A stretch of DNA of 64,000 bases from Escherichia coli (GTDB lineage Bacteria; Pseudomonadota; Gammaproteobacteria; Enterobacterales; Enterobacteriaceae). A program made the translations under genes and the position numbers. Position 1 is the first letter of the stretch. Each line of letters opens with the position of its first letter. Below the pieces are notes generated by a model that was not told the origin of the DNA, ran no database searches, and saw only the letters and a list, made by a program, of their open reading frames with translations. Shown here piece after piece: positions 50,162-63,045 of the stretch. Where the stretch lies: NCBI RefSeq assembly GCF_017348835.2, contig NZ_CP071375.1, one strand, 5' to 3'.

Positions 50162-52222
50162 TCACTTCTTCATCTGCGACAAAATTGTCCGACACTGATT
50201 AGCCTCCCCTTCGGAAGGTGAGATCAGCGCCAGTAACGCCGCCGCCGGTGTTACCAGCGTTGCCAGTGCCGCAGCAACAGCACCACGGGCAATCAGCGGT
50301 CCGGCTTTCACTCCAGCCTGCGGATTTTTAAACGTCCCACGCACATACAGCGGCGAACGCAGTGTGATAATCCGAATTCCTTTACTCTCCGGATCAATAG
50401 TCAAATCCAGCTGTTCCGAAGCAAAACTTGCCGTGCCGGTAACGTTAATCAACGCGTTCTCAGTATCGAAAGCAAAAATCTGCGGGCGCGCCACGCCGTT
50501 GGCAATATTCAGATTCGCCGCCGCGCAGTTCACCCGCACCTCATCGTCACCAAATATCGCACCGACAATGTAGTTGCCGACATTCAGCCCAACAATCTCC
50601 ATCAGGTTGCGGCTCACCAGCCCGTCATTCATCAACAGTTTCAGGTTGCCGTTACTGTTGCCTAAAAGCGCCGCCACCGAGTTACCGCTACCGCGTAGTT
50701 CCGCGTCACCGTTCATTTCCCCCAGCGTCTTCTGCATCAGTTCCACATCGGGCATCAGTTCTTTCAGTTTCAGTCGACGAGCCTGAATATCTGCCCGCCC
50801 CTGCATCGGCTTTTTATCGCCTTCCAGATGAATATTCGCCGCAATGCTGCCGCCCGCCATGCCAAATTTCAGCGGTTGCAGGCGCAGGTCAGCATTTTTG
50901 AGGATGATATGAGTAGAAAGATCGCTAATCGGCAGGCTACTGCCATGCTCAATGCGCCGCCCTTTGAAGCGAACATCGGCATCCATGACATCCCATTTAT
51001 CGGTTTCGAAGCGGTCATAAGGCAGCACTTTGCCCGCAGGCTGAACGCTTTTTTCGCCCTTCTTCTGTTCAGACCGTTTCGACTTGTCTGCCCCTTTCCC
51101 GGAATCAACGCCAATCAACGGTCCCAGGTCCGCCAGCCGCAATTGCCGCGACTCGACATCACCTTCCAGTTTTGGTCGTGGCTTGCCGGTGGTGTAGACC
51201 AGAGAACCGTGGATATCGCTATCGCCAATTCGCCCATTAAAGCCGCGATAATCAAAGACCGACGATTTTTCAGTGTCGATTTTCGCTACCAGCCGACCAT
51301 CCGTTTCAAACGGCGGGGTATCGGGCAGCAGAACGCCCGTCAGTTCATAGAGATCACCCAGTGAATCGCCAGAAAATTTAAGCCGTAAATCGACACCGCC
51401 CATCTTCATTGGGTCATTCACGACGCCATCAAAAGCAACACGGGTATTACCTGAACGGAAATCAGCCTGTACCGGAAACGGCGTCCCTTCGCCACGCAGC
51501 GCCAGCATACCGCCTATTTTTCCCGTACCAGTGAGCGGTTCACCGTTATAACGTCCCTGCGCCTTCAGGCCAAAAACGTAATCGCCCACCTTTTCTTTAT
51601 CCGCTTTACCTTTCGATCCAGTAACTTCGCTGAACGGCAGCGGCTTGCCTAAGGGATCAACAAAAATCTCCAGATCCGCTTTGCTTACTTTGTCATCAAT
51701 GGCGATCCGCCCTTGATCGAAAAGAATATTATCCAGCCGAAACGACCATGCCGACGGCTTTGCATTCGCGTCTTTGTTATCATCGTTGGCGAGATTAAAC
51801 GTCCAGTTATTGTTCTTTTCAGAGAGGCGAATCAGGCGCGCGTCGGGCTTTTCGAGCTTGATCCACGGCAGCCAGACCGTTTTGGTCAGCAGCGCCAGCG
51901 GGGCCAGCGTTGCTTCTACGCGTGGCAAATGCACCATCGTGACTTCGGGAATATCCGGTGGATTGCCAAGAATGATGTCTTCCGCGTGTACATGGGGCCA
52001 CGGCACCCAGCTGCGCCAGCCAGTTTCTTGTTTTTGCCGCTCCCACACCACGCCCAGATCGCCACGGATAGCGAACGGACGATTCAACTCCACAGAGACT
52101 TTCTGGTTGATGGTCGGTTTGAGTCGATTCCAGTCAAAAGTTGCAATCAAAATGATCGCCACGACAATCAACAACAAGAAAGCCCCTGAAATCGCAGCGG
52201 TTATTTTGCCTGCCTTGCTCAT
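50162..52222 (-). CDS. yhjG: AsmA-family protein YhjG
   Basis: The ORF track extends to 52237. The ATG at 52222 gives 686 aa beginning MSKAGKITAAISGAFLLLIVVAIILIATFDWNRLKP. Recognised as YhjG. Confidence 0.92.
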   Translation of the reverse strand: MSKAGKITAAISGAFLLLIVVAIILIATFDWNRLKPTINQKVSVELNRPFAIRGDLGVVWERQKQETGWRSWVPWPHVHAEDIILGNPPDIPEVTMVHLPRVEATLAPLALLTKTVWLPWIKLEKPDARLIRLSEKNNNWTFNLANDDNKDANAKPSAWSFRLDNILFDQGRIAIDDKVSKADLEIFVDPLGKPLPFSEVTGSKGKADKEKVGDYVFGLKAQGRYNGEPLTGTGKIGGMLALRGEGTPFPVQADFRSGNTRVAFDGVVNDPMKMGGVDLRLKFSGDSLGDLYELTGVLLPDTPPFETDGRLVAKIDTEKSSVFDYRGFNGRIGDSDIHGSLVYTTGKPRPKLEGDVESRQLRLADLGPLIGVDSGKGADKSKRSEQKKGEKSVQPAGKVLPYDRFETDKWDVMDADVRFKGRRIEHGSSLPISDLSTHIILKNADLRLQPLKFGMAGGSIAANIHLEGDKKPMQGRADIQARRLKLKELMPDVELMQKTLGEMNGDAELRGSGNSVAALLGNSNGNLKLLMNDGLVSRNLMEIVGLNVGNYIVGAIFGDDEVRVNCAAANLNIANGVARPQIFAFDTENALINVTGTASFASEQLDLTIDPESKGIRIITLRSPLYVRGTFKNPQAGVKAGPLIARGAVAAALATLVTPAAALLALISPSEGEANQCRTILSQMKK

Positions 52223-52291
52223 CGTTCGCTTCCTCATATTCTTCCTGTGCCAGTCCTAAAGATAGTCCAGCCAGGCGGAAAATGAGGCAGC

Positions 52292-53059
52292 TTATAGCGC
52301 CAGAACCGCCGTATTCAGCGTTTCTATCGGTGCCGGGCGTGAAAGAAACCAGCCTTGTGCGGCGAATGCGGGCGAGTTCTGAACATCACGCCACTCTTCC
52401 GGCGTTTCTACGCCCTCGACAATCACCCCGCGACAATAGCGATTCATTAGATGTAAAAGCTGAGAAAAGAGTGTGCGTCCTTCCGGCGACTGACGCAGCA
52501 TCACAAACAGTTCTCGCGCGATTTTGATGTAGTCATAACGCACTTCACTTAGTGCAGAGAAATTTGCCATCCCGGTACCAAAATCATCCAGCCACAGCGG
52601 GCCAAATTCACACATCGAGGCAAAGGTTGAATCTTTCGGCAGACGGATATGCTCCACCAGTTCGAAACGCAGCCAGGGAAGACGCTCAATCTGGCACAGG
52701 ATTTTTGGTTGCTGACGCAGGGCGATGAGCGTAGGGCCATCAATATTGACCGATGCCAGCAGGCCGTGCTCTACAAAGAAGTCGGCTTTTTGCGCCAGCA
52801 AATCAATCTGCTCTTTCACAACCTCCATCCGATGGCTAACGGTGATTTCAGTAAAATAGCGATCCGGCGGCAGGCGTTGCGAAGGGTTCAAGGGATGCGT
52901 GACCGCAGTTAATAGCTCCACGGCCATTAACCGCCCGCATGTTTGATAGATCGGCTGCCAGGTGTAAGCACGCTCACACTGCAACCAAAAACGCCGTTCC
53001 TGCAAGCTCTCGATGCTTGCTTCAGGGTTGCTTATTCGCTGGATAACCTGCCTTATCAT
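52292..53059 (-). CDS. pdeH: c-di-GMP phosphodiesterase PdeH (EAL domain; flagellar class 3 gene)
   Basis: The ORF track extends to 53104. The ATG at 53059 gives 255 aa beginning MIRQVIQRISNPEASIESLQERRFWLQCERAY. Recognised as YhjH/PdeH. Confidence 0.93.
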   Translation of the reverse strand: MIRQVIQRISNPEASIESLQERRFWLQCERAYTWQPIYQTCGRLMAVELLTAVTHPLNPSQRLPPDRYFTEITVSHRMEVVKEQIDLLAQKADFFVEHGLLASVNIDGPTLIALRQQPKILCQIERLPWLRFELVEHIRLPKDSTFASMCEFGPLWLDDFGTGMANFSALSEVRYDYIKIARELFVMLRQSPEGRTLFSQLLHLMNRYCRGVIVEGVETPEEWRDVQNSPAFAAQGWFLSRPAPIETLNTAVLAL

Positions 53060-53107
53060 CAAAGATGTCCTGTGTTTAAAAGTGATGCAGCCCGGACTCG
53101 ACAAAGA

Positions 53108-53134
53108 TTATCGGCGCGCAAGGGCAGAACTTTA
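53108..53134 (-). promoter_or_regulatory. sigma-28 (FliA) promoter of pdeH
   Basis: The minus strand reads TAAA-GTTCTGCCCTTGCGC-GCCGATAA, a perfect TAAA-N15-GCCGATAA. It lies about 50 nt upstream of the pdeH ATG. Confidence 0.85.
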
Positions 53135-53205
53135 CCGCCTGGCCGGGGTAAATTTCCCCACTCCACAACGGAATCTTTCAGGAATACGTTCTGGCTCAAA
53201 AAAAT

Positions 53206-53224
53206 AATGGAACACTGTTTTAAT
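53206..53224. promoter_or_regulatory. probable KdgR operator upstream of kdgK
   Basis: AATGGAACACTGTTTTAAT matches the KdgR palindrome AATGAAACANTGTTTCATT at about 16 of 19 positions. It lies about 70 nt upstream of the kdgK ATG. Confidence 0.6.
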
Positions 53225-53290
53225 ATGGTTGACCAGCAAACCACCACAGCGCAAACTAACGCTAATTTTTTACAGATCAGGTTCACGACT

Positions 53291-54220
53291 ATGTCCAAAA
53301 AGATTGCCGTGATTGGCGAATGCATGATTGAGCTTTCCGAGAAAGGCGCGGACGTTAAGCGCGGTTTCGGCGGCGATACCCTGAACACTTCCGTCTATAT
53401 CGCCCGTCAGGTCGATCCTGCGGCATTAACCGTTCATTACGTAACGGCGCTGGGAACGGACAGTTTTAGCCAGCAAATGCTGGACGCCTGGCACGGCGAG
53501 AACGTTGATACTTCCCTGACCCAACGGATGGAAAACCGTCTGCCGGGCCTTTACTACATTGAAACCGACAGCACCGGTGAACGTACGTTCTACTACTGGC
53601 GTAACGAAGCCGCTGCCAAATTCTGGCTGGAGAGCGAGCAGTCTGCGGCGATTTGTGCAGAGCTGGCGAATTTCGATTATCTCTACCTGAGCGGGATTAG
53701 CCTGGCGATCTTAAGCCCGACCAGCCGCGAAAAGCTGCTTTCCCTGCTGCGCGAATGCCGCGCCAACGGCGGAAAAGTGATTTTCGACAATAACTATCGT
53801 CCGCGCCTGTGGGCCAGCAAAGAAGAGACACAGCAGGTGTACCAACAAATGCTGGAATGCACGGATATCGCCTTCCTGACGCTGGACGATGAAGACGCGC
53901 TGTGGGGTCAACAGCCGGTGGAAGACGTCATTGCGCGCACCCATAACGCGGGCGTGAAAGAAGTGGTGGTGAAACGCGGGGCGGATTCTTGCCTGGTGTC
54001 CATTGCTGGCGAAGGGTTAGTGGATGTTCCGGCGGTGAAACTGCCGAAAGAAAAAGTGATCGATACCACCGCAGCTGGCGACTCTTTCAGTGCCGGTTAT
54101 CTGGCGGTACGTTTGACGGGCGGCAGTGCGGAAGACGCGGCGAAACGCGGGCACCTGACCGCAAGTACCGTTATTCAGTATCGCGGCGCGATTATCCCGC
54201 GTGAGGCGATGCCAGCGTAA
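53291..54220 (+). CDS. kdgK: 2-dehydro-3-deoxygluconokinase (PfkB family)
   Basis: The ORF track starts at 52943, overlapping pdeH and both promoters. The ATG at 53291 gives 309 aa beginning MSKKIAVIGECMIELSEKGADVKRGFGGDTLNTSVY, with the PfkB motif DTTAAGDSF. Recognised as KdgK. Confidence 0.94.
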   Translation: MSKKIAVIGECMIELSEKGADVKRGFGGDTLNTSVYIARQVDPAALTVHYVTALGTDSFSQQMLDAWHGENVDTSLTQRMENRLPGLYYIETDSTGERTFYYWRNEAAAKFWLESEQSAAICAELANFDYLYLSGISLAILSPTSREKLLSLLRECRANGGKVIFDNNYRPRLWASKEETQQVYQQMLECTDIAFLTLDDEDALWGQQPVEDVIARTHNAGVKEVVVKRGADSCLVSIAGEGLVDVPAVKLPKEKVIDTTAAGDSFSAGYLAVRLTGGSAEDAAKRGHLTASTVIQYRGAIIPREAMPA

Positions 54221-54315
54221 ACGCAGCATATGCAAAAGGCTGGATAAAGTGTTACCCCTCTATCCAGCTCATCCATAAATACCTGATGGTTGTGCTAACT
54301 CATCACCATTAGGCA

Positions 54316-55812
54316 TTACTGTGCAGGTGGAATATCCGTCACTTCAGGATGTACGTCATCCGTGGCGACAGAGGTGGTCGCAGCGGCGGTAGATGGGGCC
54401 ATGATTTGATCCCAGGCCGCCTGCAACGCTTTCATGTTAAATTCCGGCTCGCCTTTCGGCTGCAGCAGTATTAACGCCATATCATTCGACAACTGCTGAC
54501 GCAGATCCTGATTTAACATCTCCACAGTCAGGCTGTTAAGGAAATCCTGCCGCAGTTTCTGATACTGCTCCGGCGCGATATCGACGACCTGATTTTGCAA
54601 CGAACGCATCCGCTGACCCATCAAAATATCGGTATCAGCTCGTGCATAGGCGGCAAACAGTTTCTGCAGCTCCAGTTTCTTTTGCGCCACTAACGCATTG
54701 AACTCTTCTTCCGGCAGACCTTTATCGCGAACCTTCGCCAGTTCACGCGCCACCAGATTAAGGTTGCTGTTCAGCTTGTCGTTTGGTGATTCGATGTTGA
54801 TGGCACACTGCGCACGCAGATACAGCACACGACAGTCAAATCCAAGACCGATGTCTTTGCTGTTACTGGCGCTTAACGCTTGCTGAACATGCCAGAACAG
54901 CGCCTCACGGGCCAGGTCCGCACGCCAGTAGCGCAGCAGTGCGGCTGATTCACGAATCGGCTGCCACGGCGTATCCCACATGATAGATAACCGGTCCTGA
55001 CGCACCGCGTCAGTCATAATACTCACCGCTTCCGCACGCAGCGGAGAAAGCGTCGGCACCGGAGCCGGTGTTTCACGTTTGCCTTTCAGTTCGCCAAACG
55101 TTTTGTTGATTTGGTCGACAACCGAGCGCGCATCCACGTTTCCCACCACCAGCAGCGTCATTGCATCCGGGGTGTACCATTTCTGATAGAAATCTTTAAT
55201 CTTTTCCGCTTCAACGGGTTGTTTCAGCGGATCGGCAGGATCGTGACCTAACAGGGTTGATCCTTTCAGACGATAACGCCACCAGCCCTCTTTAGTATCG
55301 GCAGGCCAGGTTGCCACCATGTCCTGACTTTGCAGCGCGTGGTTGATGGTTTCTGGTGTGATGGTCAGTTTGCCAGTGGCATTTGCCAGATAAGAGAGCG
55401 CTTCTTTCAGCAAGTCGTTACGGTTATTGGGCAAACTCAGATTAAACAGCGTAGTGTCATAAGAAACAATTACCGGCGGCATCGGGCGTTTAGGGTCGAT
55501 CCCCTGCTGCCACAATGAACGCGCCTGTGCTGCGTCAAGGCCACCGCTTTGCGTTAGCGCAATACGAGGGATGGCGTGACTGTAACCGCTCTGTTGTGTA
55601 CTTTCGGCGAGCGAACCGGTATTAACCAGCAGGCGAATTTCAACACGATCGCTGGGACGCTGGGGGGTGGTCAGCACTTGCCACTGTAAACCGTTGGAAA
55701 GCGTCCCCTGTTGCCATGCTGGATCAGGCTGGAGCGCATCTGCCTGCACATAGCCAGCAGTGGCCATCATCAGCAAACCGCCCGCTAAAAGTCGAATTTT
55801 TGTGCCCTGCAT
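54316..55812 (-). CDS. yhjJ: periplasmic M16-family peptidase-like protein YhjJ
   Basis: A 498-aa ORF with a signal peptide (MQGTKIRLLAGGLLMMATAGYVQA). Recognised as YhjJ. Confidence 0.9.
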   Translation of the reverse strand: MQGTKIRLLAGGLLMMATAGYVQADALQPDPAWQQGTLSNGLQWQVLTTPQRPSDRVEIRLLVNTGSLAESTQQSGYSHAIPRIALTQSGGLDAAQARSLWQQGIDPKRPMPPVIVSYDTTLFNLSLPNNRNDLLKEALSYLANATGKLTITPETINHALQSQDMVATWPADTKEGWWRYRLKGSTLLGHDPADPLKQPVEAEKIKDFYQKWYTPDAMTLLVVGNVDARSVVDQINKTFGELKGKRETPAPVPTLSPLRAEAVSIMTDAVRQDRLSIMWDTPWQPIRESAALLRYWRADLAREALFWHVQQALSASNSKDIGLGFDCRVLYLRAQCAINIESPNDKLNSNLNLVARELAKVRDKGLPEEEFNALVAQKKLELQKLFAAYARADTDILMGQRMRSLQNQVVDIAPEQYQKLRQDFLNSLTVEMLNQDLRQQLSNDMALILLQPKGEPEFNMKALQAAWDQIMAPSTAAATTSVATDDVHPEVTDIPPAQ

Positions 55813-55992
55813 GTGAACCCCTGATCAACTATCCTGGTAATAAAAAAACTGCCCGTTGTCGGTCAGTCTAAATGACGTTAAAAACACTTCGTGTTAGACC
55901 GCAAGAACATGAAAATGTCACGGAAGAAGTGAAATAAACCTGAACTCACCCAGGTGGTAAGTTCAGGCACAGGGGTCAATTATGCGCAAACA

Positions 55993-56018
55993 CCCGCACT
56001 CGGGGAAGGGAGTGCGGG
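55993..56018 (-). terminator. hairpin terminator after dctA
   Basis: CCCGCACT pairs with AGTGCGGG around a 10-nt loop, 15 nt beyond the dctA stop. The minus-strand tail is TGTTTGCGC. Confidence 0.5.
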
Positions 56019-56032
56019 CATAAGTGATGAGA

Positions 56033-57355
<1,323 letters not shown>

Positions 57356-57501
57356 TTATGGGGTACCTGCGGCCTTAAAATAACACCCAGACAACATCAC
57401 AGAAATGTACCTGGATCATAATTGAAACAAAAAGGTTAAAAAGTTTGAGCTGGCTCGCACAAACCAGCACTTTTTAAAGTTTTGTAATCAGTTTGGGGTA
57501 G

Positions 57502-59490
57502 CTACTTTTCTTCCAGGTAACTCTCTTCGAAGATTTCAATAGGGAGTGGGCGAGCAAAAAGGAAGCCCTGGGCAATACCAACGCCCGCTTTTGCCAGCCA
57601 GTCGCGTTGTGCTTCAGTCTCCACGCCTTCGGCAATCATTTGTAAGTTCAGGCTCTGCGCCAGCATGATAATTGCAGCAATCATGCTGCTATCTTCCGGC
57701 AAGCCTTCAACAAACATTTTGTCGATTTTCAGTACGTCGATTGGCAACGATTTCATATGCTGCAGCTGACGCAGCCCTGCGTAGCCCATGCCGAAATCAT
57801 CCAGCGCCACCCGAACTCCGGCATTGCGCAGCGGACGGAGGATTGCCACCGCAGCATGAGGGTCGTCAATACGTCGGCTTTCTGTCACTTCCAGAATCAG
57901 TGTTCCCGGCTGAATGCGATAGCGGGTTAACAGTTCCAGCATATCCGCCACCATATTTGGGTGCATCAGTTGCAGCGCTGAGAGGTTTACCGACAAGGGC
58001 AGCATAATGCCGCGCTCTTGCCAGGCAGCCAACAGTCGACAGGACTCTTCCAGCACCCAGTGACCGACGGTAACCATCAGCCCACAGCACTCAATGCGAT
58101 CAATTAAGCCATCCGGCAGGTCCCAACTGCCATCCGGTTGCTGGATACGCAGTAACACTTCCGCACTGACCAGTTTACCGCTGGTCATCTCGACCTGTGG
58201 CTGTAACCAAATAGCAAACTGATGATTTTCCAGTGCATTAAGGATATCGCTCTCTTCCGTCAACCGCTTCTGGGCGGCTTCCATCTGCTGCGGATCAAAG
58301 AACTGAATCTGATTCTTGCCTTTATGGCGAGCGGTAAATGCCGCAGAAATAGCGCGACTGTAAAGCTGTTCGGCGGTGAGATCGCCGTAGAACATCGCCA
58401 CGCCAATGCTACAGTGCGGACGGAGTTGAATACGTTCAATCGGCAGGCGCTCGCTCATGATAGTGAGCACTTGCTGACCCAAAGTGATTGCGTGCCACGG
58501 TTCCTGTACACCGTTGGCAATGACAGCAAAGTCATAACCGCTAATCTGCGCGAGGATCATACGTGGCGACAGTACCGATTTGAGTTTTTCCACCAGCGTC
58601 AGCAGCAGAATTTCTCGTTGCGCCTCTTTCAGCACACCCGCAGTATCACGCAGGGTTTCACAGGTGATGATCATCAGCGCGGTGGTTTGTTTACGCGCGA
58701 CAACCTGCTCCAGCATCTCCATCAGCAAGGCTTTGTTCGGCAAATCCGACACCGGGAAGCGCATCGCATTTTCGTTCTGTTCTTCATAATGGCGCTGCAG
58801 CAATTGCTGGTTGAGGTTGTAACTGCGCACCAACATACCGATTTCATCGTCCTGATGCAGACGCGGTAATGCCAGTTGGTGACCAACAAGCTCCTGGGCT
58901 GGGATGGCGTTAAGTTCGCGAGCAATATTGCGTAACGGATGCAAAATCAGGCGGTTAATGCACCAGCTAATCGCCACCGTCAATATTAATGACAAAAGTA
59001 AGTAAATGGTCACTAACGTTGAGAGGGTGCTCATCACGAACTTATACATACGGAAGGAATCCGCCTGTAGCACCAGATAGGCAATTGGCTGCGGATTTGC
59101 CGGACGTTCGAGCGAGTAAACGCCCAGCGAGATTTGAACCGGTAGCTCAAACAGGCGAGTAACCATTACCGGCACCGGACGCTCTGGAATAAAACTTTTA
59201 CGCAGCGCCTGGAACTGGTTGGGCAGCACTACATCGGCACGGCTGACCACGCCTGCCGGTTTAATGCTGGCAAGAATAGCTTCCGCTTCGGGAATATCGC
59301 CTTTCAAAATGGCTGAAGATAAGGGTTCGCGGACAGAGCGAGCAATGCTTTCCAGTTGCGTAGCCGTGTTATAGCGATTCTGCTGGACCAGATGGAACAG
59401 CAAAACGGTGCAAAAAATAAAAACGAACACCAGGACAACGGCTGCCACCATTGCCATCTGCTTGATTGTTAACGAGCGACTTACGCGCAA
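57502..59490 (-). CDS. pdeK: c-di-GMP phosphodiesterase PdeK (TM-HAMP-degenerate GGDEF-EAL)
   Basis: A 662-aa ORF with a TTG start at 59490 as in the track, so the start is uncertain. The EAL region is present (AEVLLR...; [13 protein letters not shown]). Recognised as YhjK/PdeK. Confidence 0.9.
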   Translation of the reverse strand: MRVSRSLTIKQMAMVAAVVLVFVFIFCTVLLFHLVQQNRYNTATQLESIARSVREPLSSAILKGDIPEAEAILASIKPAGVVSRADVVLPNQFQALRKSFIPERPVPVMVTRLFELPVQISLGVYSLERPANPQPIAYLVLQADSFRMYKFVMSTLSTLVTIYLLLSLILTVAISWCINRLILHPLRNIARELNAIPAQELVGHQLALPRLHQDDEIGMLVRSYNLNQQLLQRHYEEQNENAMRFPVSDLPNKALLMEMLEQVVARKQTTALMIITCETLRDTAGVLKEAQREILLLTLVEKLKSVLSPRMILAQISGYDFAVIANGVQEPWHAITLGQQVLTIMSERLPIERIQLRPHCSIGVAMFYGDLTAEQLYSRAISAAFTARHKGKNQIQFFDPQQMEAAQKRLTEESDILNALENHQFAIWLQPQVEMTSGKLVSAEVLLRIQQPDGSWDLPDGLIDRIECCGLMVTVGHWVLEESCRLLAAWQERGIMLPLSVNLSALQLMHPNMVADMLELLTRYRIQPGTLILEVTESRRIDDPHAAVAILRPLRNAGVRVALDDFGMGYAGLRQLQHMKSLPIDVLKIDKMFVEGLPEDSSMIAAIIMLAQSLNLQMIAEGVETEAQRDWLAKAGVGIAQGFLFARPLPIEIFEESYLEEK

Positions 59491-59571
59491 ATTGTCTCCC
59501 CCCGGAAATCCCAGATTGCCGCCCGAGTATACCCGATCGCAGCGGCATTAAGAGAGGCGCTATCTGAAAAC

Positions 59572-62500
59572 TTACCAGTCGGCGTAAGGTATCAGCGGCT
59601 GCGGCGGTAAATCCATGTCACCCTGCCATCCGGCGGCGGAATAACGTACGTAGAGCAGGAAATGGCTGGGTGCGTAATCTTTCGCCTGCTGGATATCAAT
59701 TGCCGTGCCGACAAACCAGTTGGAAGTAACACGTCGTTCAAGTAATGCCCGCGCCGTATAGCCGAAGCCCTGACTGCTGCCGCCATCGTTGGATTGCCGC
59801 GCAGCTTCTTCCTGCCAGTCAGTCGGGATCAGATTCATCAGCGGATAACGCGGCATGGTTTTGGTGCGTGAATGCGACCACGAGCCAGACGCCCCCAGCT
59901 CCCACGACCAGTTTTCCGTGCGCTCCCGCCACATCACCGGTATGGCAAACGACAGGTATTCCTGCGGACTGTAGTAACCGCCCTGACCGAGTGAGTAGCC
60001 ACTCAGGTCTTTGTCGTAATGCCAGATCATGTTGTTCAGGCCGATTGTGACGCGGCGATTGTTCTGGTTGATGACCTTATAGTAATAGCCCGTCATCCAG
60101 CGCACACGCCAGTTATCTTCGACATTTTTACCGGTTAACTGATCACCGCTAAGCGATGCCCAGACGCCGTTTGCTTCACCTTTATCGTAGCTCAGACTTA
60201 GCCCCACGCCGTCGGCACGCACGCCGCCCCATTTTTTCCCGGTATTGCTCGGGGAGTCTTTTTGCCCACCAAAGGCCAGCAAAGAACTGGAGATGGGCCG
60301 ACGGTGGGCGTTAACGGTGTAACCCAGCGGCCCGATATCATCGCTGTAACTGATGCCGCCGACCACATCCACCACGTTGAAGCCCATCGGCGTGGTGCCG
60401 ATATCCCAGCTCCAGACGTCATTTCGCCAGCCGACCGCCACGCTGGCACCGGAATCCGACTGGCTGCGGTTGCCGCTACAGTCCTGTAATGTACAGGTGC
60501 CCCAGTTATCATCCCATTTACCATCGGCATTAGTGGAGAAACTGCCGACGTTCATATTGACGAAATCACTGCGAAAGAACATCCGCCCGTCAGAATACGG
60601 CGCGTCCACCTGCAACATAGTGGTGTGCGCTTTCAGATCGGAGTAACCACCGGTGCCGCTCGATCCCCAATAATCATGCTCAAGGGTGACGTTAAGATCC
60701 TGCTGGCGATAGAGGTCCGCCGCATCGCTGCGCACGCCGCGTTTCAGCCAGTCATCTTTCTCGTCGTTACGGGTCAGTCGGGTAAAGGTGTCGTTATCCT
60801 GCGGACGCGTCGTAGTCACACCGGATGCGACCATGGCGTCTTTGTAGGTTTCCAGCGCCTGCTTTGGATCGCCCGCCTGCGCTTCAAACTTCGCACCGTC
60901 GCGCAGCACCATCGCGCTTTCCATCGACGGTGGCTGAGATTTTGCCTGCGGGATCAACTTATTAAACGTCTGCTGCGCCGCTGCGGTATCGCCAAGCTGC
61001 GCCTGCGCCAGCGCCACGCGCCGCTGTGTGTTCAGCGAGGCGTTATCGGTAGCGGGCAGTTTCGCCAGCTGGCTACGTGCCGCCGCTGTGTCACCGGCAG
61101 CAATATCCACTTCCGTCAGCCCCAGAATGGCATCGGCGTTAGTTGGCTCCCGCGTCAGGACATTCTGATATGCAGCGCGGGCGGCGGTGTAATCACGTCG
61201 CTGCTGCGCCCAGTCAGCCAGCGTGAGGTCAATACGCGAGGAAGGCGGTTGCTGGCGCAGCATCGCTTCCGCTTCAGCTTCTTTGCCGCTTTCTCGCAGG
61301 CGATTAGCGGTTTCCAGCACCTGATCGCTTTGCAGTCGATTAACCAGCTCCTGAATATTGCTGCTCCACTGCGCACGCGGCAGGCTGTTGATATGCGCCA
61401 GCGCCGCTCTGTCCTGGTCATGACCAGAGAGGTACAGCCCGTAAGCGTAAACCTGCTCCGGGTCGTTCGGCTTCTGCTGCGCCAGATTGCGCATTAACGT
61501 ATCGGCCTGGCTGCGTTGTCCGGCCTGCCAGAGATCCTGCGAAAGTCGGTAAGTAATCCATACGCTGCCGGGGTCCAGCGCCAGTCGTTGCCGCTGAAGT
61601 GCTGCCGCCTGCGCCCATTTGCCCTGGTTTTCCAGTGCCTCTGCCTGCTGTGCCAGACGGTCGTTTTGCAGGCTGCGTTCGATATCATCAATGCTACGTC
61701 GCTGACTGGCAGAGAGCGAGGCGATAAACGCTTCAGCTTTTTCTGGCGATTGCTGGCGGTAAATATTTGCCAGCCCGCGCACGGCGTTAGTGTTGCCGCT
61801 GTCCATACGCAAGGTCTGCTGATAATAACGTTCGGCGGCGGGATAATCTTTTCGCGCCATCGCCACATCGCCCAGCCCCAGCACTGCATAACTGTCGGTG
61901 TTATCGACATTACGCGCCTGCTGGAACAGGCGTTCTGCCCGGTCAGGATTATTGGCTTTCAGCGCAGCATCGCCCTGCTGGATCGCCAGCCAGTAGCGGT
62001 TTACTTTCAGCAGACTGTTCCATTTGTCGTTGTTGCTGCTGTGCGGGTCCAGTGCGAGGGCTTTTTCCAGATTCGCCACTGCATTGGCGCGATCGCCTTT
62101 CTGTGAATATGCCTGGCCCAGCGCCCCCAGAGCCTCACTGTCTTTCGGGTTCGCCCGCACTGCCTGTTGTAGTTCGGGAATGGCTTTACCCGCCATACCA
62201 GAGTCCACCGCCGCTAAACCTTGCGCACGAGCGCGGAAAGCAGGATCGGCCAGCTGTTTTTGCTGTTCTGCCAATTGCGATTGCGCAGCCGCCACGCTAT
62301 CGCCATCACTAAAGATCGAAAGATATTTTTTCAGCGCCGACACACTGGCATCACTGACGGGCATGTCTTTAATCTGCCCGTACCAGATTTTAGAGGCCCC
62401 TTCGCGCCCGGCGTTCGATTTCGCCATCTGTTCCAGGACGGCAAAACCTTCGTCACGGCGATCGCTACTAAACAGCAATAGCGCCAGATTGTTTTGCAGG

Positions 62501-63045
62501 CCCGTATTGCCCGGTGCATCCGCATTGATGCGTTTTAACTGATTAATCGCTTCGCCACGGCGAGCCGGAATTTTCGCCACCGTACTCCAGTACTCGACAG
62601 CAATGTCACCTTCCGGCGGCGCACCGTTGAACAGTTTGTTGTAACTCGCCACAGCTTCTTCCGCATGACCGGTAGTCGCCTGCAATCTTGCCTGTTGCAG
62701 TGCCTGACGACCATCCGGCGTGGAAAGTAGCATCGTAGTCCGCGACGATTTATACGCATTTGAACTCGGCGCTAACTGCGACAGCCGATCGAGCTGTTTT
62801 TGCGCGCCATCAATATCGCCCTGACGTAACAAAGAACGGAAACGGGCGGCAACGACGTCCGGGTTATTCGGATCAATAAGTTCCAGCCGATACAACGACT
62901 GCTGTACCAGGTCTTCACGATGGGTCGCTTCGCCTAACCGAACTTGCTCCAGCAACTGTTGCTGAGCGGTTGGTGCTGCCTCGACCATCGGCATGACGGC
63001 CAGACCGAGGGAAAGCGTGAATATGTTTAGTGTGAATTTGCGCAT
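59572..63045 (-). CDS. bcsC: cellulose synthase operon protein BcsC (periplasmic TPR plus outer-membrane beta-barrel)
   Basis: A 1157-aa ORF with a signal peptide, many TPR-like repeats and a C-terminal barrel ending ...PLIPYADW. Recognised as BcsC. Confidence 0.95.
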   Translation of the reverse strand: MRKFTLNIFTLSLGLAVMPMVEAAPTAQQQLLEQVRLGEATHREDLVQQSLYRLELIDPNNPDVVAARFRSLLRQGDIDGAQKQLDRLSQLAPSSNAYKSSRTTMLLSTPDGRQALQQARLQATTGHAEEAVASYNKLFNGAPPEGDIAVEYWSTVAKIPARRGEAINQLKRINADAPGNTGLQNNLALLLFSSDRRDEGFAVLEQMAKSNAGREGASKIWYGQIKDMPVSDASVSALKKYLSIFSDGDSVAAAQSQLAEQQKQLADPAFRARAQGLAAVDSGMAGKAIPELQQAVRANPKDSEALGALGQAYSQKGDRANAVANLEKALALDPHSSNNDKWNSLLKVNRYWLAIQQGDAALKANNPDRAERLFQQARNVDNTDSYAVLGLGDVAMARKDYPAAERYYQQTLRMDSGNTNAVRGLANIYRQQSPEKAEAFIASLSASQRRSIDDIERSLQNDRLAQQAEALENQGKWAQAAALQRQRLALDPGSVWITYRLSQDLWQAGQRSQADTLMRNLAQQKPNDPEQVYAYGLYLSGHDQDRAALAHINSLPRAQWSSNIQELVNRLQSDQVLETANRLRESGKEAEAEAMLRQQPPSSRIDLTLADWAQQRRDYTAARAAYQNVLTREPTNADAILGLTEVDIAAGDTAAARSQLAKLPATDNASLNTQRRVALAQAQLGDTAAAQQTFNKLIPQAKSQPPSMESAMVLRDGAKFEAQAGDPKQALETYKDAMVASGVTTTRPQDNDTFTRLTRNDEKDDWLKRGVRSDAADLYRQQDLNVTLEHDYWGSSGTGGYSDLKAHTTMLQVDAPYSDGRMFFRSDFVNMNVGSFSTNADGKWDDNWGTCTLQDCSGNRSQSDSGASVAVGWRNDVWSWDIGTTPMGFNVVDVVGGISYSDDIGPLGYTVNAHRRPISSSLLAFGGQKDSPSNTGKKWGGVRADGVGLSLSYDKGEANGVWASLSGDQLTGKNVEDNWRVRWMTGYYYKVINQNNRRVTIGLNNMIWHYDKDLSGYSLGQGGYYSPQEYLSFAIPVMWRERTENWSWELGASGSWSHSRTKTMPRYPLMNLIPTDWQEEAARQSNDGGSSQGFGYTARALLERRVTSNWFVGTAIDIQQAKDYAPSHFLLYVRYSAAGWQGDMDLPPQPLIPYADW

